Shown here one piece after another: positions 14,773-23,688 of a DNA stretch of 25,148 bases (its first letter is position 1; each line of letters begins with the position of its first letter). The notes under the pieces were generated by a model. The model made no database searches and was not told the origin of the DNA. It was given only the letters and a program-made list of their open reading frames with translations. Source of the DNA: Bacillota bacterium (GTDB lineage Bacteria > Bacillota > Halanaerobiia > Halobacteroidales > Halobacteroidaceae). Made by a program: the position numbers and the translations under genes. The stretch is taken from the NCBI GenBank assembly GCA_051744465.1, contig JBNJDB010000009.1, positions 1-25,148 on the forward strand, in the 5' to 3' direction.

Positions 14773-15219
14773 TTATTCTTCCATTTCTGCTAATACTTCT
14801 GAGGTTAAATTATACCCACCATAAATTACAGCAGACTTATCTAAGATAATTGAAATTTCTTGTTCATCAGCAACTTTTCTAATCTTTTCATTTATATCAG
14901 CAAGTACTTCGTCAATTAATTCCTGTTCTTGGCTATTAAGTTCTTCTTGATATTTTTTTAATAATTCTTGCCGTTCTTCTTTATCCATTGTCTTTCCTTT
15001 AGTTTCTAATTCTTCTTTAAACTTCTTAGCATCCCCTTCTAACTTTTGTTCTGATGATTCCTTTTGGGGATGATTTTCAAATAACTTTTGCATATCTACA
15101 TAACCTATCTCCTCTTTTAATTCCTCTTGCTTAACTTCATCCTCCGCATTAATTGGATTAGTTATAATCAAAGCTATACTTAAAATTAATAACAGAGAAA
15201 AAATAAGATTCTTCTTCAT
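14773..15219 (-). CDS. skp: Skp/OmpH-family periplasmic chaperone (canonical size, cleavable signal peptide)
   Basis: 148 aa with a signal peptide (LLLILSIALIITNPINA). Motifs are IGYVDMQKLFENHPQKESSEQKLEGDAKKFKEELE and a C-terminal ISIILDKSAVIYGGYNLTSEVLAEM. It sits directly downstream of bamA, as skp does in Proteobacteria. Confidence 0.85.
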   Translation of the reverse strand: MKKNLIFSLLLILSIALIITNPINAEDEVKQEELKEEIGYVDMQKLFENHPQKESSEQKLEGDAKKFKEELETKGKTMDKEERQELLKKYQEELNSQEQELIDEVLADINEKIRKVADEQEISIILDKSAVIYGGYNLTSEVLAEMEE

Positions 15220-15234
15220 TTCTAAAACTCCTTT

Positions 15235-16977
15235 CTAAAATTTATTCCCTAAACTAATACTAAAGTCTGATTTTTCTTCTAACTGTCCCTCAGGAGCATA
15301 TCCATAATCTAATCCTAATTGGCCCACAGGAGTATCAAACCTAATCCCTAACCCAGCTGAATAATTAAGATTATCTAACTGGAAATCATTCCGATCAAAA
15401 GCATTACCTGCATCAAGAAAAACAACACCAGTAACCTTATCTAATAATTGGGCCCGATATTCCAAATTGGCCAAGACTAAAGAATCACCAATAAAGCCAT
15501 TTTCTCCTGGCAGATAATCCTCAACTCCATCACCAGTAGTGTCCTGAGACTTATAATAGTCACTACTATAGCCTCTAACAGCATCTAAAGATGACAAATA
15601 ATAACGTTCACTACTAGGCAATTGCCCCTCACTAGTTGCTACTTTAAATCTAGTCGCTATACTATTATCATCACCAGAAGGAAAATACTCACGCCAATCC
15701 AATTTATACTTAGAATAATCAGTACTACCCCAAAAACCAGATTTCTTAACTGATATTTCTTGTCGCTCACCAGTTCGGGGGTTTAGCAAATCATCTCTAG
15801 TATCGCGAATAGTACGCATAGTTAAACTAACTGTATCATCTGATTCATTAGCTCCATCAGAAAATTCTTCATCAATTGTACTATAATCAAAATCTAAATA
15901 ACCTTTAGTATTTTCAGTTATGGGGTGTCCTACTGTTATATTTCCCCCAGTTTTGTTGACATCTACACCATCTTCAGTAGTTTCATTCTTATCATATAAA
16001 TTAAAGTCTAAACTAGTTCTAGTTCCTAAAGCCCACGGTTCATAAAAACCAATCTCAAAGTTATTTTTCTCTCCACCAAACTCCCAATTAAGATTAACCT
16101 TCTGACCGCGACCACCTAAGTTATCTTTTTCAATATTAATCTTTCCTGTGAATTTTGCTGTTGAATTATAACCAGCTCCAATATTAAAACTACCTGTCTT
16201 CTGCTCTTCTACTTCAATAATTACATTAACTTTTTGTGAATCTTCTAAACTATTGAATCTAGGATTAACAGTTTTAAAATAACCTAGGTTATAAATACTA
16301 CTAATATCTTCACGCAATTGTTGAACATCTAAGACAGATCCAGCTCCAGTAGCCATTTCTCTTCTAATTACATAATCTTTAGTAGTCTGATTCCCATTAA
16401 TCTTAATTTCGTTAATAGAACCTTCATCAACCGTCACGTGTAACTCTTCTTCATTTTTGATTGTAGCATCAGTTACCCTAGCTAAAATATAGCCTTTTTC
16501 TTGATAATATTGATTAACTTTCTCCATCCCAGAATTAAGGTTAGCTACATTTAAAATTTCTGGCTGATTAACCCCTAATAACTCTTTAACTTTAGCCGCC
16601 GGAACTTTACTAGTCCCTGAAACTTTAATTTCAGTTATCTTAGGGTTTTCCACAACTTCAAAAATCAGTTTATAACCTGCTTTATACTCTTCAAATAAAA
16701 CTTGCACATCGAAAAAGTAACCAAGATCAAAAATTGCCTGCAAATCATTATTTAATTGTTCTTGGTCAACTTCTTGACCTACTTTAGTTTTAATTTGTTC
16801 TACTATCTGCTTTTCTTTTATGACCTTGTTTCCTTTAATTTCAATATCAGTAATCTCTTTTCCTGCTAATTTATTCACTTTATCATTAATTTCTTGACTT
16901 TGAGCTGTTGCAATACCAAAATTTAATACTAATAGAATGACTACTAGATTGACTATTATCAGCTTCTTGCTCATCAC
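15235..16977 (-). CDS. bamA: BamA/Omp85 outer membrane protein assembly factor with three POTRA-like repeats
   Basis: 580 aa with a GTG (or the next ATG) start after AAGGAGG and a signal peptide ending ATAQS. Three POTRA-like units each open with I(T/N)(D/E)I(E/K)(I/V)xG(N/T): ITDIEIKGN, ITEIKVSGT, INEIKINGN. The Omp85 barrel shows RRE..., GSFNIGAGYNS and GLGIRFDTPVGQLGLDYGY, with a C-terminal Phe. Confidence 0.92.
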   Translation of the reverse strand: MMSKKLIIVNLVVILLVLNFGIATAQSQEINDKVNKLAGKEITDIEIKGNKVIKEKQIVEQIKTKVGQEVDQEQLNNDLQAIFDLGYFFDVQVLFEEYKAGYKLIFEVVENPKITEIKVSGTSKVPAAKVKELLGVNQPEILNVANLNSGMEKVNQYYQEKGYILARVTDATIKNEEELHVTVDEGSINEIKINGNQTTKDYVIRREMATGAGSVLDVQQLREDISSIYNLGYFKTVNPRFNSLEDSQKVNVIIEVEEQKTGSFNIGAGYNSTAKFTGKINIEKDNLGGRGQKVNLNWEFGGEKNNFEIGFYEPWALGTRTSLDFNLYDKNETTEDGVDVNKTGGNITVGHPITENTKGYLDFDYSTIDEEFSDGANESDDTVSLTMRTIRDTRDDLLNPRTGERQEISVKKSGFWGSTDYSKYKLDWREYFPSGDDNSIATRFKVATSEGQLPSSERYYLSSLDAVRGYSSDYYKSQDTTGDGVEDYLPGENGFIGDSLVLANLEYRAQLLDKVTGVVFLDAGNAFDRNDFQLDNLNYSAGLGIRFDTPVGQLGLDYGYAPEGQLEEKSDFSISLGNKF

Positions 16978-16997
16978 TAAGTTCCTCCTTATATTAA

Positions 16998-19900
16998 TTA
17001 AAATGGAATAGAAGCTTCTAATCCTAATTCATATTCACCCAAACTATCATAATTACCTTGAATCATTAAATTGTCTAATCCCTGATTAAAATAATACTCA
17101 AAGCCAATTTTTTTATTCTCTTCCAAAAACGAATGGTTATACTTCAACATGAAATCATCAAATATAAACTTGCCAAGTTCAACTTCAATACTATCATTAT
17201 CCTCTAACAATGATTTGATTCTAACTTGGTCTAAATCTAGTGATTCCTCAAAAGATCTCTCTACTTTATATATCACTTCAGTCTTAATTCCTTCACCAAT
17301 AACTCTACGCAATTCAGATGTTAAGGCCTGTTCATAATCTTTCTCTAATAAACTTCCAATACCTCCTTGCCCAGTTAATAAGGCAATAATCTCTTCTTCT
17401 GAAAGAGAAGAATCAGAACTAAGTTGATAATTAAGTTTATTAGCTGGACCAGTTAAATTTAAATAAAGATTATGATAAGGACTGGCTAAATTGTTATCAT
17501 TTTGAGCAATTGATTTATCATATATCTCAGTCTTAGCTTCTAGTTGTAAACTAGGAATATAATTATGCTGGCGGAAAACCGCTGTTCCTTCCTCTAATTC
17601 AAACTCAGTATTATAATAAGTGAAACGACCTGTATTAGATTTCAATTCTCCAATAATCCTAATTTGATCATCTATAGTTTCTAAATTTAAATCCCCGCGT
17701 TGAACTAAAATATTAATTTGATCATTAGCAACTTTCACATTTTCTTCTGGTTTAACTGTTAAATCAAGTTGCGGTTCGATTTTACTATCTCCACCAGAAC
17801 CAAATTTAGGCCAATTTACAGGAAGATTAAATCTTGTATCATAAGCTATTATTTCACCGGTGATTTCAGGTCTTAATTTGCTTCCTCTAATTTTAATATC
17901 TGCATCATTTAAACCTTGCCATGAACCATGTTCAAAGGCTATCTTTTCTCCAGCTATATCTAAATTATAATCACCTAATGCCAAACCATCTAGGCTAATA
18001 CTCCCTTGACCGCTGAAATTACCAACTCCGTAATATCCTGTTAAATCTTCTAATAATAATTTATCATTTCTAAATTTGATTTTACCATTTAAATTATTAA
18101 TCTCTCTATCCAAAACAGGATAAGAAAAGCTTCCTGCTACTACTTCTGCAGCACCAACTATTTGAGGTTCTTGCAAAGTACCCTCAATCTGCAAATTAGC
18201 ATTTCCTTTACCAGTTGCAGTTTCAATTTCGGGTACCAATAATGGTAATATACTCAAATTACCTTCTTGTAAATCTAAATTGAAATCAAATTTCTCATCA
18301 TCACTAACAGGAATTTCCCCTTGAGCTTGAACTACATTATCCCCTTCAACCTGCAACCTTTGGTCAACGATTATTTTTTCTCCATTTATTAGTTCAATAT
18401 TACCAGTTAAACTTTTATAATTCAAATTAGCTATTTCACCTGTAGTAACTTTTAACTCAGATTTAATATTAGGATTAGTAAGCTCACCTGTTAGGTGTCC
18501 AGTCAAATTAAGATTACCAGTAACTTGATAAGGCAATAAATCCAACTTATTTAAAAAATCCAAATCAAAATTCGTAGCCATTAACTCTAAATCTGAATTT
18601 TTTTGCCACCAATAATCACCCATCACTTCTAATCTTCCTTCTCCATCATTATCTTCAACTGCTAATTCTACATCAAAATAAGGCTCTTCTATAGCACCAT
18701 TAACTTCTATTTGACCACTAAAATCATAAGCAAGATTGAGAGGTAAAGGATGAAATTGATTTAAATAATCTACTGTTCCTTCTTCTACTTTAACTTTTAC
18801 TTGTTTTATCTGATTTTGCTCTAAATCTAAATTACCATTTACTTGGTATTTATTATCACCACTAGTAACTTTTATATCAGTCAAATATAGATTGTTATTT
18901 TTATAATCTAATCTACCATTTAAATCGCCAATCGATTTTTCAGCAAATTCTAAATTGTGTGTATTAAATTTTGAAGCAACTTTAGGATTATTTAAATCCC
19001 CATAAATACTACCACTTAGTTGAGCACTACCTACCAATTCCTCTAATCTAGTAGTATAATTAATATCTTCCCAAACCAAGTTAGAGCTATCAAACTTGAA
19101 GTTTAATTCTTCTTCTACCATGGTACCACTTAAACTAAGTTGACTATCTCCATAACTTATATTACCAGAAGCTAAATTTAATTCCTCTTGTTGTTGGTCA
19201 TAATTCAACTTCAAATCTAGCTGATCAAATTTCTGTTGCTCCCCGATAACTCCTGTAGTCACTTCTAAATCACTGCTAAGCTGGGGATTAGAAAAAATAG
19301 AATCAATCTCAGTAGTAGCACTCAAATCACCTGTTAAACTCAAATCAGGAGCAATCAATTCAGAAATTTTCTTAGCTTCTAAACCTGCTGTTTCCAATTT
19401 TAAATTCGATTTTTGATTAGCAAAATCAATCACACCAGTTAACTCACTAGAATATTTTGGAATAGAGGACTCTCTAAATTGAACTTGTTCATTAGTAATA
19501 TTTAATATAGCAGTTGTACTTCCTATTTCATTTTGATCATAATCAAGATTAGTAGTAGTTACATCAGCAATTAGCTGCGGGTCAGATAGTTGACCACTTA
19601 ATTCACCAGCAAGATCTACCTGCCCTGATAGCTTATCTAATTGATGAACTTGCTCTAATTTTTCTAAATCTAAATTATTTAATTTAATATCTAAATCTAG
19701 ATTACCATCAAGATTAATTAAACCATTTGCAGAACCTTCACTTTCAGAACCCCTAAACTGGGTATTATTCAAAAATAATTTACTATTATTCAACCAAAAT
19801 TTAGTACTTATTTTTTCGAAATCATATGCTTTTATTGCCCCAGAATCTAATTTTAATGAGCCTAAAACATTTAAATCATCAGCACTTAAACCAGTACCTG

Positions 19901-21239
19901 AAATTATACTTTCTCCACTAGCAGTACCAGTTAAATCTAAATCATCTAAAAAATTCTGTTCAATATCAGATATAGCTATATTATTAAACTTAGTATTAAT
20001 TATATAATTAAGTGAATCACTAAAATCAAAATTACCATCGAGTTCAAGCATTCCCTGTTGATAGGCTAAATCAACTTGCTCTAAATTCAAAACTTGATCT
20101 TTATAATATAATTTTGCTCTTATATCTTCCATGGTAACTCCCTTAGCTTTAGCTTCCGGTATTTCAACTACACTCCATACTGTTGGATCTAAAAGAGTAC
20201 CTTTAATTTGACCTGTTATCTCTGCTTGTCCGCTAGCTCCAATCGGTTCAGAGACAAAATCATCAACAGCTGCTAATTGAAAGTCACTGAGTTCATAATC
20301 AAGATTTAATTGTGGTTCTTCCCAACCATAAATATCACCCTTGATCTTGACAGAATTATCTTTATATTGTCCAATTAACTGCTCAATATTAATTCCATAA
20401 TCATCAACTTCAAGAGCACCACTAATATTATCTAAATTTACATCCTGATAGTCTAGACTTCCATTTTGCAAAGATAAATCACCATAAAAATCATTCTGCT
20501 GGTTTAATTGGCCATTTAATTTAACTTTTCCTGCCATCAAACCTCCTAAATCTAAATCAGATGGTAAGTTTAAATAGCTTTCATCAGTTAGATTATCAAG
20601 ACTCAAATTAGAAAATTCAACTTCACCTCTGTACTTATTTTTTTCAATGATTAAATCAGTCTTGAAGTCCGCTTTTAAATCTTCTAACTGTCCATCTAAA
20701 AAGACTCCAATATCTTTATTTAAATCAATTATCCCATCAATTTCAGTTATTTTTTCAGTTAATTTAGGCGTTTCTATCTCAGCTAATCCATTATTAATAT
20801 GAATAGAAAATAAATCATTTTTTGCGTCATTGCTAGCCCCATTAGAGGATAATAAAAAACTATAATTCCATTTATCTTGTTGGACTAAATTGATAGTAGG
20901 GCTATTTAATTCAATATCTCTAATAACCTCTAAAGGTTTGGAATGATTAAATAATAAATCTATAATACTATAATTAATAACTAATTCATGGGCTTTAATT
21001 AGATCTTTTGAACTTTGATCTTTAATCACAACATCTTTAGCAGATATTTTATTAATACCACTAACTATTAATTCTTCTACTTCAATTTTAGTATTTAAAT
21101 TTGACTCTAATTTAGTTATTATAGACTCCTTAGATTCTAATAATATTCTATTTATATTAAAGTATAAGCCAATTAACAGAATAAAAACTAAACTTAATCC
21201 TATAATAACTTTTTTAGATTTTAGAAACTTTAGTTCCAT
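16998..21239 (-). CDS. tamB: TamB/AsmA-like translocation and assembly module protein (DUF490-type C-terminus)
   Basis: 1413 aa with an N-terminal signal anchor (VIIGLSLVFILLIGLYF). A very long repetitive beta-rich region carries recurring 'L.G.L.dP....dl' units. The C-terminus VELGKFIFDDFMLKYNHSF ... LEASIPF resembles the E. coli TamB DUF490 end (LGKYLSPDLYVSY). It sits directly upstream of bamA. Confidence 0.88.
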   Translation of the reverse strand: MELKFLKSKKVIIGLSLVFILLIGLYFNINRILLESKESIITKLESNLNTKIEVEELIVSGINKISAKDVVIKDQSSKDLIKAHELVINYSIIDLLFNHSKPLEVIRDIELNSPTINLVQQDKWNYSFLLSSNGASNDAKNDLFSIHINNGLAEIETPKLTEKITEIDGIIDLNKDIGVFLDGQLEDLKADFKTDLIIEKNKYRGEVEFSNLSLDNLTDESYLNLPSDLDLGGLMAGKVKLNGQLNQQNDFYGDLSLQNGSLDYQDVNLDNISGALEVDDYGINIEQLIGQYKDNSVKIKGDIYGWEEPQLNLDYELSDFQLAAVDDFVSEPIGASGQAEITGQIKGTLLDPTVWSVVEIPEAKAKGVTMEDIRAKLYYKDQVLNLEQVDLAYQQGMLELDGNFDFSDSLNYIINTKFNNIAISDIEQNFLDDLDLTGTASGESIISGTGLSADDLNVLGSLKLDSGAIKAYDFEKISTKFWLNNSKLFLNNTQFRGSESEGSANGLINLDGNLDLDIKLNNLDLEKLEQVHQLDKLSGQVDLAGELSGQLSDPQLIADVTTTNLDYDQNEIGSTTAILNITNEQVQFRESSIPKYSSELTGVIDFANQKSNLKLETAGLEAKKISELIAPDLSLTGDLSATTEIDSIFSNPQLSSDLEVTTGVIGEQQKFDQLDLKLNYDQQQEELNLASGNISYGDSQLSLSGTMVEEELNFKFDSSNLVWEDINYTTRLEELVGSAQLSGSIYGDLNNPKVASKFNTHNLEFAEKSIGDLNGRLDYKNNNLYLTDIKVTSGDNKYQVNGNLDLEQNQIKQVKVKVEEGTVDYLNQFHPLPLNLAYDFSGQIEVNGAIEEPYFDVELAVEDNDGEGRLEVMGDYWWQKNSDLELMATNFDLDFLNKLDLLPYQVTGNLNLTGHLTGELTNPNIKSELKVTTGEIANLNYKSLTGNIELINGEKIIVDQRLQVEGDNVVQAQGEIPVSDDEKFDFNLDLQEGNLSILPLLVPEIETATGKGNANLQIEGTLQEPQIVGAAEVVAGSFSYPVLDREINNLNGKIKFRNDKLLLEDLTGYYGVGNFSGQGSISLDGLALGDYNLDIAGEKIAFEHGSWQGLNDADIKIRGSKLRPEITGEIIAYDTRFNLPVNWPKFGSGGDSKIEPQLDLTVKPEENVKVANDQINILVQRGDLNLETIDDQIRIIGELKSNTGRFTYYNTEFELEEGTAVFRQHNYIPSLQLEAKTEIYDKSIAQNDNNLASPYHNLYLNLTGPANKLNYQLSSDSSLSEEEIIALLTGQGGIGSLLEKDYEQALTSELRRVIGEGIKTEVIYKVERSFEESLDLDQVRIKSLLEDNDSIEVELGKFIFDDFMLKYNHSFLEENKKIGFEYYFNQGLDNLMIQGNYDSLGEYELGLEASIPF

Positions 21240-21276
21240 AATCTATCCCCCAGTCCAAAATATCTAGTTCTCCTTC

Positions 21277-21305
21277 ATAATATTATATTTAAGAAAATCT
21301 TGCAA
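21277..21305 (-). promoter_or_regulatory. Putative sigma-A-type promoter for tamB-bamA-skp...
   Basis: On the minus strand, TTGCAA (21300-21305) is followed by a 17-nt spacer and TATTAT (21277-21282). This lies downstream of the terminator and about 40 nt upstream of the tamB ATG (SD GGGGGA). Confidence 0.5.
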
Positions 21306-21349
21306 TGAATATTTTTAGTTAGTTATTGGGAACAAAGTAACGTATTACC

Positions 21350-21377
21350 AAACAAAAACCTCCTCAAGGGAGGAGAA
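21350..21377 (-). terminator. Rho-independent terminator after the S55 peptidase gene
   Basis: The minus strand reads CTCCTC-CCTT-GAGGAG-G-TTTTTGTT. The 6-bp GC-rich stem is 21370-21375 paired with 21360-21365, with a 4-nt loop and a 5-T run. It begins about 8 nt after the stop codon at 21385. Confidence 0.75.
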
Positions 21378-21384
21378 GTATAAG

Positions 21385-23295
21385 TTAATTTTTATCTTTT
21401 TTTTCTTTCTTGGAGGAACTATTAACTTTTTCTTCTTTTTTGATTTTAATCTGTTTTCTTACTGCACCTTGTAATACATAATCTGTATCTAGTACTGATT
21501 CAGCTAAACTGTTATTATATTCAGCTGCAGGTGCTGCTTCTTCTGTATTTGCATCCTCCCCCTCTTTATCACTGTTTTGGGGATCTTCTTGAGGGTTTTC
21601 TTGAGGCTTTTCTTCTCGATTAGTTTCTTCAGATTTTTCTTGCGATTGCTGGGCTTGAGGAGAAAAACTCTTTTTCAATTGAACAACTAATTGATTATTC
21701 TGCTTTTGCTCATTATAAATTTCAATTAATTCTTCTAAACTTTTAATATTATTAGTTTTAAAATTAGAATCTCCATTTTGAGATTGAGAAGTAATCTGCT
21801 CTACATTAGCATTTTGACCACTTAATACATAAAACTCTAGATTACCATTATTAACTTCTTCTGGTACTTCAAGAGTTACATTTTTTGTGATTACTTCTTC
21901 GCGATAAGGTCTAAACTTTATTTCAGCTTCTATTTGACCACCTGGTTTCACTTCTTTTTTATCTAAATTTACTTCTTCTAATAAAGCTACTCGGGGTTCC
22001 TTATCAACTTTTACTTCTAATTTAATATTAGCAAAATTAACTTCTTGGAAGGGATTAGTTGTTAACAAACCTAAGACCTGAGAAAAATCCTCCACAGAAC
22101 TAGCTGCAACATCGCTAGAACTATTGTATAAATTATCAATTTTTAATACTTTATCTGGTAAATCACTACTCATTATTTCTAAATCAACTTGGGCTGTTCC
22201 TGCCCCTTGTCGATCAATAGTACTATCTATAGCTTGTAATAAAGCAACTGATGATAATTGTGGCAATAATTCTTCATCATGAATAATTTGCAAATTGAAA
22301 TTTTGACTAGAATCTAAATTCTTATCTACAACTTCTATTTCTAGAGGCACTACATTAGGAAATTTGCCTATTTCTCCGGCTAATCCTGCTGATCTATCTT
22401 GAGTAACCACACCTTTTAATTCAGCGGGAGATCCAATTTTAAACGGCATTTTAACACTAGTAATCATTTGATGAATATAAGCAGACGATAATAAATAATT
22501 GCTAGCTCCTTTAGATAAAAACGGATGTCCGAAGCCTAACATTTTATTTTGGTCAAGATAAGTTAATGTCCCAATAGCAGACACATTTATATCTCCACGC
22601 ACTAATTGAACGGCCACTGCACTACCTGGCTTCAATGGTATATCTTTCTTCTTAGTAGCTAAGCCGGCACTCTTAACAGTTTTCACATCATAATCATCTA
22701 ATTTATCTGCTAATTCATTCTTAGCCCTTCCTGTTACTCCATCTACTGAAAGAGGGGTGCTTACTGGCTTAGCAACTAACGTTTTGGAATCCTTAGTTGT
22801 TTCCTCGTCCGCACTAAATTTAATCTGATTGTACACATCTCCACTAACTTCAACTGGTTGATCAAGCATTATTTCTTCATTATTTTTTTCTTCTAAATTA
22901 AAAACATTTAACATATCTTCAATTGGAGTTACCATCCCAATTTTATGATTAGCCATCTGCCAACCATAACCAATTGCTCCAATTAACTTCCCTTCTACAT
23001 AAACTGGACTACCACTCATTCCCGAAGCAATCCCACCGGTTCTTTCTATTACATCACCACTGGTTTTCACTAAAATTAAATTTTGACCTGGATTTTGATC
23101 TTCTAAAATACTAACTACTTCTACAGCAAACTCTTCAACCTCTGTTCCTCTTAAAACTGTTTTACCTACTCCTTGCATTCCTGATTCTAATTCTTCTAGA
23201 GGCATAATTTCTGGCTTTGCTAATGCTAGATTAGATAATAATAAAACAAATAATCCAGCTATAAAAATTTTACTCCAAACTCTTTTCAAATCCAT
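21385..23295 (-). CDS. Secreted peptidase S55 (SpoIVB-type) domain protein with reversed lobe order and a low-complexity charged C-terminal tail
   Basis: 636 aa with a signal peptide (FIAGLFVLLLSNLALA|KPE). Residues ~31-130 align with the SpoIVB C-terminal Ser lobe (EVEEFAVEVV...ERTGGIASGMSGSPVYVEGKLIGAIGYGW...IEDML). Residues ~225-300 align with the SpoIVB His lobe (SAIGTLTYLDQNKMLGFGHPF). The tail is rich in Q/E/K/P. Confidence 0.8.
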   Translation of the reverse strand: MDLKRVWSKIFIAGLFVLLLSNLALAKPEIMPLEELESGMQGVGKTVLRGTEVEEFAVEVVSILEDQNPGQNLILVKTSGDVIERTGGIASGMSGSPVYVEGKLIGAIGYGWQMANHKIGMVTPIEDMLNVFNLEEKNNEEIMLDQPVEVSGDVYNQIKFSADEETTKDSKTLVAKPVSTPLSVDGVTGRAKNELADKLDDYDVKTVKSAGLATKKKDIPLKPGSAVAVQLVRGDINVSAIGTLTYLDQNKMLGFGHPFLSKGASNYLLSSAYIHQMITSVKMPFKIGSPAELKGVVTQDRSAGLAGEIGKFPNVVPLEIEVVDKNLDSSQNFNLQIIHDEELLPQLSSVALLQAIDSTIDRQGAGTAQVDLEIMSSDLPDKVLKIDNLYNSSSDVAASSVEDFSQVLGLLTTNPFQEVNFANIKLEVKVDKEPRVALLEEVNLDKKEVKPGGQIEAEIKFRPYREEVITKNVTLEVPEEVNNGNLEFYVLSGQNANVEQITSQSQNGDSNFKTNNIKSLEELIEIYNEQKQNNQLVVQLKKSFSPQAQQSQEKSEETNREEKPQENPQEDPQNSDKEGEDANTEEAAPAAEYNNSLAESVLDTDYVLQGAVRKQIKIKKEEKVNSSSKKEKKDKN

Positions 23296-23325
23296 CCCTT
23301 CCTTTCATGTAATTAAGTCTAATCG

Positions 23326-23655
23326 TTACTTATTCTTTAATTGTTCATACATCGACTCAGCAATCCCTATATTATCTTTTAGTGCTGCTTTTTTGGCTAT
23401 CTCATCATGATACATATCTTTATATACATCTTCACTCATACCTGTATCTACTAAATCAGATTTAAACCCTGCTTTATCCATTTGCTTAAACATCATTCCA
23501 ATAAAAATAGATTCAAATTCTTCTGCTAATTCTTTTATTTCCTTGTTAGTTTTTTCTTTTGTACTTGTCATTTTTTCTGATTGCTTTCGTTTCTGCTGAT
23601 TATTAGCTTGCTTAGCTTTAAATTGTTGCATATCTAAATTAGCTCCTACTTTCAT
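23326..23655 (-). CDS. flgJ: Flagellar rod-binding protein (FlgJ N-terminal domain only; no muramidase domain)
   Basis: The ORF track starts at a TTG at 23676 (116 aa). The ATG at 23655 (MKVGANL...) follows GGAGTG at 6-nt spacing and is preferred. The rod-binding motif is ELAEEFESIFIGMMFKQMDK...SEDVYKDMYHDEIAKK. It sits directly downstream of flgI. Confidence 0.75.
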   Translation of the reverse strand: MKVGANLDMQQFKAKQANNQQKRKQSEKMTSTKEKTNKEIKELAEEFESIFIGMMFKQMDKAGFKSDLVDTGMSEDVYKDMYHDEIAKKAALKDNIGIAESMYEQLKNK

Positions 23656-23688
23656 TTTATTCACTCCAATCATCAACTATTAATTTAT

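Noticed and set aside
17149-17337. 62-aa plus-strand ORF
   Set aside because: It is antisense to the conserved C-terminal region of tamB. It is Ser-rich and low-complexity, with no SD. Spurious.
16998-21239. The 1413-aa repetitive protein as an adhesin or autotransporter
   Set aside because: It has an N-terminal signal anchor rather than an extended autotransporter signal. It has a DUF490-like C-terminus (ELGKF..D..L.Y) and sits immediately upstream of bamA. TamB/AsmA-like fits better.
21264-21278. Mini-ORF ATGAAGGAGAACTAG (MKEN) in the tamB leader
   Set aside because: It overlaps the predicted -10 box and the transcription start, has no SD, and is only four codons long. The AAGGAG inside it is more likely incidental.
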